Of a stretch of 64,000 nucleotides of DNA, positions 1 to 9,320 are shown in pieces (position 1 is the first letter of the stretch; each line of letters begins with the position of its first letter). The notes under the pieces are model-generated. The model had not been told where the DNA came from. It ran no database searches and was given only the letters and a program-made list of their open reading frames with translations. A program made the position numbers and the translations under genes. The DNA is taken from positions 496,001-560,000 of the forward strand of contig JAHDYR010000025.1 of the NCBI GenBank assembly GCA_019828565.1, read 5' to 3'. Source of the stretch: Carpediemonas membranifera BICM. Taxonomy: Eukaryota; Protista; Fornicata.

Positions 1-784
1 CGTCCTTGGGCATCCAGGCCCGGCTCCTCCAGCTCCGTAGCCAGCCCTTGTTGATCGAATCGACGACATACATGGAATCCGTGAGTACGGCAACGTTGCT
101 GTGCGGGTTGACCCGCTTAAGGCCGTGGATCACCCCTCGAAGCTCCATGCGGTTGTTCGTTGTGAACTTGAACCCCTTGCCCACCTGGATGACCGACTCG
201 GACATGCTCATGATGATGGTGCCGAAGCCCCCAGGGCCAGGGTTGGGCTTGGATCCCCCATCGGTGAAGATGACATTGTCGAACCCGAAGTCATTGAACA
301 GCGCCTTCTCGGGAACTTTGCCTCGCTTGGCCGCCTGCTGAACGTACTCAGCCGTCCGGGGCTGCAGGTTGATCCTCTGGGGAGGTGGCGGTTGTAAAGG
401 AGCGCTCTGCTGCAGCGTGGCGGGGATGTTCGGCACGGTTGGCGCCTCTTGCGCGGCACGAGGCTGGACTTGCTGTTGGGCGGAGGCGTAGGTGTTCCAG
501 ACATCCGAGATGGGGATGCCTCGAGGAGCAGCGCTGTTTGTAAGCTGTGGCTGCTGCCCATGCCTGCTTTTGTACTCTTGGAGCAGCTTGAGGGCCAAGA
601 GCTGGTCGGCACGGGAAAGCTGTGCCAGCATGTGATCGACACTGAAACCAGACGATCTACTGTGCATATCATGTTCATCCCTGTTGTGTCTAGGGTTGTT
701 AGCCCGTTTAGGACGATATCCACCGCGTCCGCCCATGCCTCGGAGCCGCTCTCCCAAACCTGCGGCAAACGTGTCGCGTGACAT
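1..784 (-). CDS. Ribonuclease H (RNase HI type) with low-complexity N-terminal extension; runs off the left edge
   Basis: Manual translation from ATG 784 gives IFTDGGSKPNPGPGGFG, TTNNRMELRGVIHGL, VLTDSMYVVDSINKGWLRSW. Absent from the ORF track because there is no stop in the window. Confidence 0.9.
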   Translation of the reverse strand, partial: MSRDTFAAGLGERLRGMGGRGGYRPKRANNPRHNRDEHDMHSRSSGFSVDHMLAQLSRADQLLALKLLQEYKSRHGQQPQLTNSAAPRGIPISDVWNTYASAQQQVQPRAAQEAPTVPNIPATLQQSAPLQPPPPQRINLQPRTAEYVQQAAKRGKVPEKALFNDFGFDNVIFTDGGSKPNPGPGGFGTIIMSMSESVIQVGKGFKFTTNNRMELRGVIHGLKRVNPHSNVAVLTDSMYVVDSINKGWLRSWRSRAWMPKD

Positions 785-843
785 GGAAGCCGCCAAAAGC
801 TGTAGCTCAACTGCCGTTCAACTCAAGCTCTTAATTTACCAGC

Positions 844-1806
844 TTAGTTGTAGGATGGACACTTGGTGGCGTCCGAGCATGCGATGGGCAGCTTCACCGT
901 CTTGCCCCCGACGACCGTGCTGCCCAGACCGTACTCGGACCACGAGCCGTCGTACAAAGTGTGCTCCTCCGGCTTCTTGCCCAGCACATCGAGGCAGAGG
1001 GAGATTGTCGCGGCAGTCACACCGCTGCCGCAAGACGTCGTGATGTCGCTATCAAGATCCACACCGGATCCTTGGAAGATCTCCCAGATCTCCTGCATGG
1101 ACTTGAGCCTGCCGTCCCGCAGGACCTCCGTGTGGGGGATGTTGATTGAGCCGGGGATGTGGCCGGATTTCACCTTGGGCCGGGGCTCCTTGGCGACGCC
1201 TGCAAACCGCTCAGCCGACCTGGCATCGATGATCTGCTGGATACGGGGCTCGGATGCAGCGGGGAGATCGCTGAGGAGGGTGCGGGGGAGGAAACCCTTG
1301 GCCACGAGGTGGTGCACCACATCCGTCATGTTCTTGCGCATCCAGTGGTTGTCGGCGAGGACAGACATGTTTCCGGGCTCCACTGGCTTGGAGCCGCCGA
1401 TCTCGGTGGGTCCTCCGATTGCGATCCAGTCGCGGAGAGTTCCGTTCATGACGCTCACGTCGGTAATGCCGAAACGACGGAACATCCACCAGACACGGGG
1501 GCTGCCGAACAGGGAATCGCGATCCATGCAGATCACACGGTCGCCAGCGTTCAGGCCGAGGCTGCGGACCTTTTGCTCGAAGAGGTCGGCGGGAGGGCAC
1601 TGGTGGGGGAGATCGGAGCCCGGCTCAACGACTTGATCGATGTCGAACAGCTGCGCGCCAGCGACGTGCTTTCTCGCAAAGGCCATTTGCGTGAAACCAG
1701 GCTCCATTGCCTTCAAGTTCCATGAGCAATCGAGAAGCCGCAGTTTCTTATCCACAGCCAAGTTTCTTTTGACCCATTCAGGTGTAACAATCGATGTGTA
1801 CTTCAT
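844..1806 (-). CDS. MPST: Two-domain rhodanese / 3-mercaptopyruvate sulfurtransferase
   Basis: Motifs RVWWMFRRFG, IDARSAERF, GHIPGSINIP, active-site CGSGVTA, LYDGSWSEY. Confidence 0.92.
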   Translation of the reverse strand: MKYTSIVTPEWVKRNLAVDKKLRLLDCSWNLKAMEPGFTQMAFARKHVAGAQLFDIDQVVEPGSDLPHQCPPADLFEQKVRSLGLNAGDRVICMDRDSLFGSPRVWWMFRRFGITDVSVMNGTLRDWIAIGGPTEIGGSKPVEPGNMSVLADNHWMRKNMTDVVHHLVAKGFLPRTLLSDLPAASEPRIQQIIDARSAERFAGVAKEPRPKVKSGHIPGSINIPHTEVLRDGRLKSMQEIWEIFQGSGVDLDSDITTSCGSGVTAATISLCLDVLGKKPEEHTLYDGSWSEYGLGSTVVGGKTVKLPIACSDATKCPSYN

Positions 1807-2036
1807 TGTGGTTCTTCTTTCAAGGATTCTCGGTTCTTTGATTTGTCAAGGCACGACCGCTCCAGACCAGGTCAACGCCGGTCCCGGTGGGCAGTAGACG
1901 ACCGGCATGGGGCCATGCGTCACTAGGCGGCCGTGTGTTGGCTTTATCGCCGCAGCTGGCCGACCCGCCTTGTGCACGTCAGCCAGGGCATGCACGCATT
2001 TAAACAAGCATATCACACCATATTACACCGCCCGCG

Positions 2037-3758
2037 TCACCGGACAACCACACCAATAGATTCAAGATCATCCATGCCGAAATCAAGCCCACTGAGCAGG
2101 TCGCGTTCCTCCTCAGTAATGGTGATCAAGCTCTCTGGAATCACGCTGATGGTCTGCTCCTCGAGCTGTGATGAAAGCGCCCTAATCTGCGCGTCCTTCC
2201 GCATGACGTCGTGCTCAAAACAGGCCAACCGCTCATTGGCGTCCTCCAGAACGTCCCGGAACTCGCTGCAACGGGCTCGCTCGCTCTTGAGCTCCGCCAT
2301 GGAGCCCTCATAAAGCCGACTGGTCTCCGCCAGACGTCTTTCAGCCTGCTGCGCCTGTGAGGTTGCCTCATCCAGCTGCTTGACCAGTCCCTTGACCCTC
2401 CCGTTGGTCGACTTCAACCCACTCTCGGCCTCCTTGACCTGGTTGTGGAGTCGTTTCTTGGTTTTAGTCAACTCCTCGACCCGCGTTTCCAGTGTGTCGC
2501 GTTCAGCAGTCAGAGATTTGACCTGTTCTTGCAAATCTCCGATACGTGACCGCAAAGTGTCAAGCGTGACCTTCTTCCGGTCAGAATCTGTTTTCGCGAC
2601 CTTCAGCTCTCTCTGAAGGCTGAGCACTTCGTCCTTGGCCGATGTCCCGTCGAGCGCTGCCAGCTTCTTGATCAGCTCACCCTTCTCCGCCTTGAGCGCA
2701 GTTAGTCTGCCCCTCAGATCCGCCGCCTCTCGCTTCTCCCTACTCGCAGCCTGCTTGTGGCTCTCGGCGGCGTGCTTTGCTGCTGCCAACTCGTCAGACA
2801 GGCTGGCGATCGTGGCTTCGAGCGCGACTCTGTCAGACGCGGCCTTCGTCTTCTTGCTCTTCTTCCGTCTCTTCTCCTTGAGCTCGTTAAGCACGTCGCT
2901 CTGGTGCATGGCCGACCGAAACTCTGCGAGCTGATCTGCAATCACAGACGAGACCATCTTCAGCTCGTCGGCCTGTGGGTTGGCTCTGGATTCGCCGGAA
3001 AGTCGGCTCTCTAGCCTGGAGATGCCGGCCTTCAGCTCGTTGATGGCGGTTTCGTCCGCCTCGAGTGCTCGGCTGTGTTCTTGGCCGGCAGCGACAAGCG
3101 CGGCTTCAGCGTCTGTACGAGCAGTTTTCTCCTCCTGTAGCATGTCCCTCATCGTCTGGGTCTCATCAAGTAGTGTCTTATTCTCCTTGACGACGGCAGC
3201 AAGGGTTCGCTCCAGCTCGGCCGCGCGCTGACCATCCTCAAGGGCAGTGCCAAGCTTCGAGTGCATCTCATGCTGAACCTCCTCCAACGTGTTCTCGAGC
3301 ACGGCCCGGGCCTGTCGTGCGGCAACCTCAGCCCGTCTGGACTGGTCCCGGTCGGCCCTCATCTCCTCGTGCTCGGCACGCAGCGTTGTAAGTTCGGTCT
3401 CAGCCTGTTTCAGCTGACGTTTGAGTGTAGTGTGTTCCTCGCTGAGGGCCTTGAGCCTTTCGGACGTCGACTCGTGTGCCTGGACGAGATCTGCATGCTT
3501 GGCCTCAAGCTCCTTGTAGCTCTCGAGCAGCAAGGCCGTGCGCTCCTCCACTTCCTGCATTTCGTTGATATGGACGTCCTGCTCTTGGAGTACTGACACC
3601 AGTGAGTCCCGCTCGGCCTCGATAGCAGCAATTTCTGCGTCTTTGTCACGTTCCAGGGCAGCAATCTGCCTCTGCGCGCTCATTTGAGCATCCGATAGTT
3701 CTTTTTGAAGCGCTGTGATATACTTCCGGGACTTATCGGCGATATCCCGGGAGTTCAT
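2037..3758 (-). CDS. Long coiled-coil protein, unknown function
   Basis: Heptad-rich E/K/L/A ORF. Start placed at ATG 3758; the upstream in-frame extension is the Fanzor tail. Confidence 0.75.
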   Translation of the reverse strand: MNSRDIADKSRKYITALQKELSDAQMSAQRQIAALERDKDAEIAAIEAERDSLVSVLQEQDVHINEMQEVEERTALLLESYKELEAKHADLVQAHESTSERLKALSEEHTTLKRQLKQAETELTTLRAEHEEMRADRDQSRRAEVAARQARAVLENTLEEVQHEMHSKLGTALEDGQRAAELERTLAAVVKENKTLLDETQTMRDMLQEEKTARTDAEAALVAAGQEHSRALEADETAINELKAGISRLESRLSGESRANPQADELKMVSSVIADQLAEFRSAMHQSDVLNELKEKRRKKSKKTKAASDRVALEATIASLSDELAAAKHAAESHKQAASREKREAADLRGRLTALKAEKGELIKKLAALDGTSAKDEVLSLQRELKVAKTDSDRKKVTLDTLRSRIGDLQEQVKSLTAERDTLETRVEELTKTKKRLHNQVKEAESGLKSTNGRVKGLVKQLDEATSQAQQAERRLAETSRLYEGSMAELKSERARCSEFRDVLEDANERLACFEHDVMRKDAQIRALSSQLEEQTISVIPESLITITEEERDLLSGLDFGMDDLESIGVVVR

Positions 3759-3777
3759 CTTTTTATTCGTGTTCGTC

Positions 3778-3922
3778 GTGTGCTGCGCAGGATTAGAATA
3801 CTTGAGTCCAAAACACACAGTGATCCAAGCAGCATCAGGATCGCAGTGTGGTTCATCATACTCTATCAATCATGCGCAGCATATCACGCGCGCTGCAGCG
3901 CGTGCTTGCTCAACTTAGCAAG
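3778..3922 (-). ncRNA. Candidate omegaRNA scaffold, copy 1
   Basis: Conserved between copies immediately after the stop codon; several hairpins; long closing stem 3858-3887/3778-3801 ends where inter-copy identity ends. Confidence 0.65.
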
Positions 3923-5442
3923 TTAATGATAGCGAGGAAGAGCACCTCTCTGGGAGTCGTAGTGGAAAGGAGATTGCTCTATCTGATCTGAAGTTGCATC
4001 GAAGGTGCACCAAAGGATGTTCTCGCTGGCGCTCTTATCTCGGTGAGAGAGATTGAGAAGTATGTCTCTCTGCTCGGGATGCCGACGTAGCCGTTCAACG
4101 CGCCATGGAGCTCCCTCGCACGCGGGATTCTGGCAGAGCATGGTGCGGTGTGTTTGCACCACACGTCTGAAGTGTGCTTTGCAGTATGGGCACACGATGG
4201 AAGTGCGGAATTCGGAGACCATCGTGACACTCACGACGACGTTGTGCCGGAGCATTATGCCAGGAAGTGCTCGAGCAAAGTGGCGGTACGGAGCACAGGA
4301 GGGAGTTCCGGCGGAACCGAACAGTGCAGCCCCATACGCGACTTCGAGATGAATGGGCTCCGGGGGGCGCCCGCCGAGATCATCCAGGAGTTGACGTCCA
4401 GCCCGGGCGAAGTGCTTCAGGCGCAGACAGAATTGGCAAAAGTCGCACGGCGGAAACACTTTCTCGTCCCCTCGTTGATGATCTGAACGATGTTCTCATG
4501 GACAAACCTAATCGACTGTTTGAGAGCCTCTAGACTTGTCGTTTTGAACGATGCTGCGCTCATATTCACGCGGAAAGAGGGGGTGGCAGTGTAGCCACAC
4601 TTAGCGAGTACGCCAGATACACTCTGCCCGTCTGGGCGGCGGATCGTGTAGCCGCCTAGCGACCGAGCACCAGGGTCGACGCCCATGAGAGCTTGAATGT
4701 CCGGGGCAGGAGTAGCCTCGGCGTCATCCTGACCGAGCCGAGCCCGCTTGTTATTGCTACCCTTTTTGTACGTGGGCCGGTCAGCCACCCGACCGCCACG
4801 GTATTTCTCGCGACCCACCCAAACCTTCACAGCAACAGAGACCCTGTCAGTCCTCACAGAGAGCACTCTGCGGAGCTTGGTGATGTCGCCGTGATCACGC
4901 TCGTATTCAGCCACCTGCTCGTCGGTCAAATTCTTGGTTGCTGACCAATTCACGTGCACACGGAGGCGCCTCTTCATCGCTGGGGTGAGCGCTGTTACTC
5001 CGCGCTCGATGGTCATGAACCCAGGCCTGACCGGCGCCATCGGCACGAACGGAACGAGCTTCGGCTCTGGCAGGGCCTGACTGAGCTCGAGGTTCACGGC
5101 ACGAGGGAGTGTGACCAGCTTGGTCACTGCAGCACTCATGCGCGTGACGCACGACAGCACGCCGACGAGGGCACCAGTGCGACCCACCCGCTGCTCCTCG
5201 GGCAATGCATGCATTTGTCGATGATGCATGTCATGATCGGCGGATATTGCGGCAACCTCAGTGTCGAGCTCGCCTTGGGTGTCGAGAAAATCCTGTCGAA
5301 CACCCTCATCATGGAGGAGCGGACGCACCCGGTCTAATCCAGCACGAAGACGGGTCAGGTACCCGGGTGACGCGCGCGAGAGCCAGACCCGGGTGGCTGT
5401 GGAGTACTCGCCCAACCAGCAGGGTTCATCAGCTAGCAGCAT
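3923..5442 (-). pseudogene. Fanzor1-like RNA-guided RuvC nuclease, ~506 aa if the single frameshift near 4425-4445 is corrected; probably N-terminally incomplete
   Basis: KLVPFVPMAPVRPGFMTIE and SVRTDRVSVAV (WED-like), RuvC-I GVDPG (D 4675-4677), VAYGAALF, VSEFRTSIVCPYC (E 4211-4213), CQNPAC, HRDKSASENI (D 4037-4039). Confidence 0.85.
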
Positions 5443-5936
5443 CCCTCAAAACACAAGAAACCAGCATCATACAACACAAAGCGTCTTTACTACTAGTTAC
5501 AACCGCTTTCCACCACTAGTGTCTCTCACAACAGACTAAGATGACGAAGACGACATGAGCTTCGTCAGCGCGTCATCGTTCGGGGCAGCCGCCAAGATTG
5601 GAGAAATTCCTGTACACTCCAGCTGCGTACCCCTCACTGACCCCATGGACGTCATCGGGCGGGGGTCAATGCTGCAGCCTTTTGTGGACTCCAGCAACAC
5701 GGTCCGGTTCAGGTCGGACAACTTCGATTAAGATAGCGCGGGAATAGACAGTTATTGGTTGTGTAGGTCATAAATGCTGTATTAGCCGCGGAGTAGGCCT
5801 GTGGAGGCTCTGGGGGGCTGATCGTCCTGCTGACATAAAGTGCACGATCTGAACGGGACGTCCACAGAGCCGGATGCCCGCTCCGCACGTGTAGTTTCCG
5901 CCAATACTTCATTACTACATGTAGAAATATGTACAT

Positions 5937-6341
5937 TTACTCGTCCATCTCGCCCTCGGCGTCATCGGCATCGTCCCTGTCGGCCTCGCGCGAGGTGTTC
6001 ATCGCGGAGACGGCCTTGTTGCCCTCAGACAGGGCGTGACGGGACAGCTCACCGGGGATGATGAGGCGGGTGGCGGTGGCGACCTCGCGTTGGGAGAGGG
6101 TCTTGCGCTTGTTGATCTGAGCAAGGCGCGTGGCGTCCTCGCAGATCTGGTCGAAGATATCGTTCATGAAGGAGTTCATGATGTTCATGGCCTTGTTGGA
6201 GATACCAGTATCGCTGTGAACGGTACGGAGCACCTTGTAGATGTACGTGGAGAAGGTTTCCTGGCGGCGACGACGGCGGTTAGGCTTGCTGATCTGACGG
6301 GTATCGACTGTAGGCTTCTCTTCGCGCTCGTAATCGGCCAT
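5937..6341 (-). CDS. H2B: Histone H2B with acidic C-terminal extension
   Basis: [55 protein letters not shown]; ATG 6341. Confidence 0.95.
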   Translation of the reverse strand: MADYEREEKPTVDTRQISKPNRRRRRQETFSTYIYKVLRTVHSDTGISNKAMNIMNSFMNDIFDQICEDATRLAQINKRKTLSQREVATATRLIIPGELSRHALSEGNKAVSAMNTSREADRDDADDAEGEMDE

Positions 6342-6445
6342 TGAGGTAGTTTCGTGAAGAGATCGCGTTCTGAGAGTGCGCCAAAATGAATTACGAGAAC
6401 AACCGTAAATCAAATGGCGCAACTCAAGACTACAATAACATACGT

Positions 6446-7733
6446 TTACATTTCAACATCGCCATCGTCCTCCAGCTTCTGGGCCTCTTCTATCGGCCCA
6501 CGAGGCTCAGCTTGCCCGGTTTGGAATGCACGTCTCAGGATGAAAACGACGAAGATGTTGCCCTTCGTGCCCTTCCCCATCGACCCAGTTACCGCGATCA
6601 TATCGTCTCCCTTGCCCACACACGTGTCCAGCCCCAGGATAGTGTGCTGCGACGCTATGGGCACGGACTCGATAGTCGCGCCGGTCTCGACGTTGTAAAA
6701 GAACAACGCGAGGTCCTTCTTCTCCTTCTTCTGCTCCTCGGTGAGACCACTCAAGTCGGGGAGCTCACTCGCACTGACGGCGATGCAGTACTTGTCGTCG
6801 GCCATGCATGTACTGGGGGTGAACCGGCCTTCGGCCTCATGCTCGCACTGCAGATCATACGCCGTCTTCATGTAGTCGTCACTGAGTCTGATCACTGCAA
6901 GTTTCGACCCGAGGCAACCTGCAACGATCGCCCGCCGTGAAGGGGCCATGCTGAGCGAGATCACGGGGCTAGCTGGGGAGTGATAGAGGATGGAGGAGAG
7001 GCAGGTCTTTGTGTGAAGGTCCCACAAGCGCAGGACACCGGTGCAGTCGGCCGTGACAGCGCGTGGGCCCCCAGACGTGTTGAAAATCAGCACAGCTGAC
7101 ACAGCGGACGTGTGTGCCCGGAACGTGTGCACACACTTCCACCCCTTGCTCGTGGCGCCCTGGATGGGGTCGATGAACCCAACCGACCACAGCCGCACAG
7201 TCTGATCCGAGCTGCCGGAGATTATGTGCGTGTGGTCATCAGACACACCCACCGAGATCACTGGGGCGAAGTGGCCCGTGTACGTGAAGATGCACGGCTC
7301 TCTATGGCCCGACTCCGTGTCCCACAAGCGGACAGTGCAGTCGTCGGAGGCGGAGGCGAGGTGGCGCGAGTTGGGGGCCCAGGCAATGGCGTTCACACCG
7401 TTCTCGTGGCCGTTGAGGACTAGGGAGGGTTCACGGTGGGTCAGGTCCCAGATGACTATGGTTTTATCGGCGGCTGTGTTAGTGGGCGAGGAAAGGATAC
7501 AAACAGCCAGAGGCAAGCTTCTTTCCATCTGGGGAGAATTGGACGCATGTGACAATGTCAGTATGTCCCTCCAGTGCAAAATCGTTAAAAAACCGACGCT
7601 CCATGCGATGCTTGTAGTCTATGTGCTCTTCAACAGCCTCAGGCTGCTCAGGCGGAACTACTGATTCATCCTCAATCGGTTCGGTTGTTTCCTCTGGTGG
7701 AACAGCGCCCTCATGCTCCGCTGGCGTCTCCAT
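6446..7733 (-). CDS. WD40 protein, WDR5/Swd3-like; intron 7474-7504
   Basis: GH...WD repeats. Removing the 31-nt GTTTGT...CTAACACAG intron restores [21 protein letters not shown]. Confidence 0.85.
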
Positions 7734-7881
7734 CCGCACAATCGCCACTGACCTTATCCTGCACCTGCTGGATCCTGGTGTTGGCGACACACCCTGCCTG
7801 TTACGACGGAGCACACCTCTTTCGCGCCGTCACAATGGCTGCTCACCCCACACGTGCAGTTTAACCAGAAGTATCCTTTGA

Positions 7882-9224
7882 ATGGAACGGACAATTAACG
7901 AGCCCGTTGAAAACAGCTTTGACGGAGAACCGGAAGAACAAGTGGAACCTCCGTCTGATGGGATGGAAGAGCCCGTTTCATGTCAGGATCTTAGCATCAA
8001 CAGCTGCTCAGACAACGATTGTCTCTGCCATTTCGTCCCCCTTTCAGAATTCAATCACGAGGAGTACAAATCGATGAAAGCGAGCATGTTCTCGCTTGAG
8101 AGAGGTGAGTTCAGCGACCCCTCTGTCACACAGCCCCCGGCCTTACGAGCGGCTCCCTCATTTGGCGCTGGATGTCTTGGCTCCGCCGCTACCGCCTGAA
8201 GAAGTACTATCGCCTCCAAAACAGCCAAATCCAGCAATACCTCGAGGCGTATGCCGTGATTCACGCCGCCAACCACGAGACGCCCCTCGCCGACCTCCCC
8301 ATGTTCCCCGACGAGGTCTCGACCCTCCTCGGCAACCTCTCCGTCATCCTCTCCTACATCGCCAACATTGTCCTCGTGGTCGTCAAAATTCTCGCCGTCT
8401 ACGTCTCAGGGTCCATGGCCGTCTACGCCTCCATGCTCGACAGTCTACTCGATGTCGTGTCTGGCACAGTCCTTTTCCTCACCACGATGTTCTCCCGCCG
8501 TGGCAACGCCAAGAAGTACCCGATGGGACGGTCTCGCTGGGTGAGTATCGGCATCATCATGTTTGCCACGATCATGGCTTCATTCTCCCTCACACTCATC
8601 AGAGACAACATCCAGGTCCTCACCGTGGACCGCGTGGAGTTCCAGGAGGAGCTCAACTTCGAGTGGGAGCCCATCCTCATCATGGGGGGGACCATCGTAA
8701 CCAAGCTCGTGCTCTTCCTCATCTGCCGCTTCATTGGCCGGACAGAGTCAGCAAAGGCGTACGCCCAGGACCACATCAACGACGTTTTCTCGAACATCGC
8801 CGGTCTCATCTTCGGTCTGCTCGGCTTTCACCTCTTTTGGGCGATCGACCCCCTTGGGTCAACTGTCATGGCGTCCATCATCATTTACATATGGATGTCC
8901 AATGCATATCAGCAGATCATCAACCTCGTTGGCAAGTCTGGCCCGACCGAGCTCAACAACAAGCTGACGTTCTTGGCGATGCACCACGACGCGCGGATCC
9001 TTCGGGTCGACTTCGTAGAGACGTTCCACTTTGGTGACAACTACATCGTCGAGATCCACATCGTACTCGACCCCGACACGATCTTGTCCGAATCTCACGA
9101 GATCGAGGAGAGCCTCAAGTCGACCCTGGAGCTGCTCCCCGAGGTTGACCGAGCCTACTGTCACCTCGACTACGCAGGAGGCCACCAGCCCATCGATGAG
9201 CACAAGGTCCTCGTCCGCGGGTGA
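7882..9224 (+). CDS. Cation diffusion facilitator (Mn-CDF/MTP-like); intron 8105-8133
   Basis: ASMLDSLLD, AYAQDHIND, SHEIEESL, RAYCHLDY; a 29-nt GTGAGT...CACAG intron joins the two ORFs in frame. Confidence 0.9.
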
Positions 9225-9320
9225 CAGCGGCATAGAGTAAAGAATGCGGTTGGTTTGATCGTGCTGTCACGACGAAGAGGCGGATTAAATAATTGTACAG
9301 ACCCTGAACCATGCTTTTAC

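Larger units (their letters stand above)
3778..5442 (-). mobile_element. Fanzor-encoding element, copy 1 (left boundary uncertain, possibly 5845)
   Basis: Fanzor ORF plus structured tail. 3778-4666 is a near-identical inverted copy of 49626-50515. Confidence 0.85.

Noticed and set aside
3759-3869. Shared peptide IEYDEPHCDPDAAWITVCFGLKYS at the start of ORFs 2037-3869 and 50408-51220
   Set aside because: It is translation of the repeated non-coding Fanzor tail from non-ATG starts, not a protein domain
5709-5936. Short ORF with AFMTYTTNNCLFPRYLNR, faintly like a Fanzor1 N-terminal segment
   Set aside because: Separated from the Fanzor ORF by stops in the frames I checked, and it overlaps the H2B 3' UTR; too weak to call
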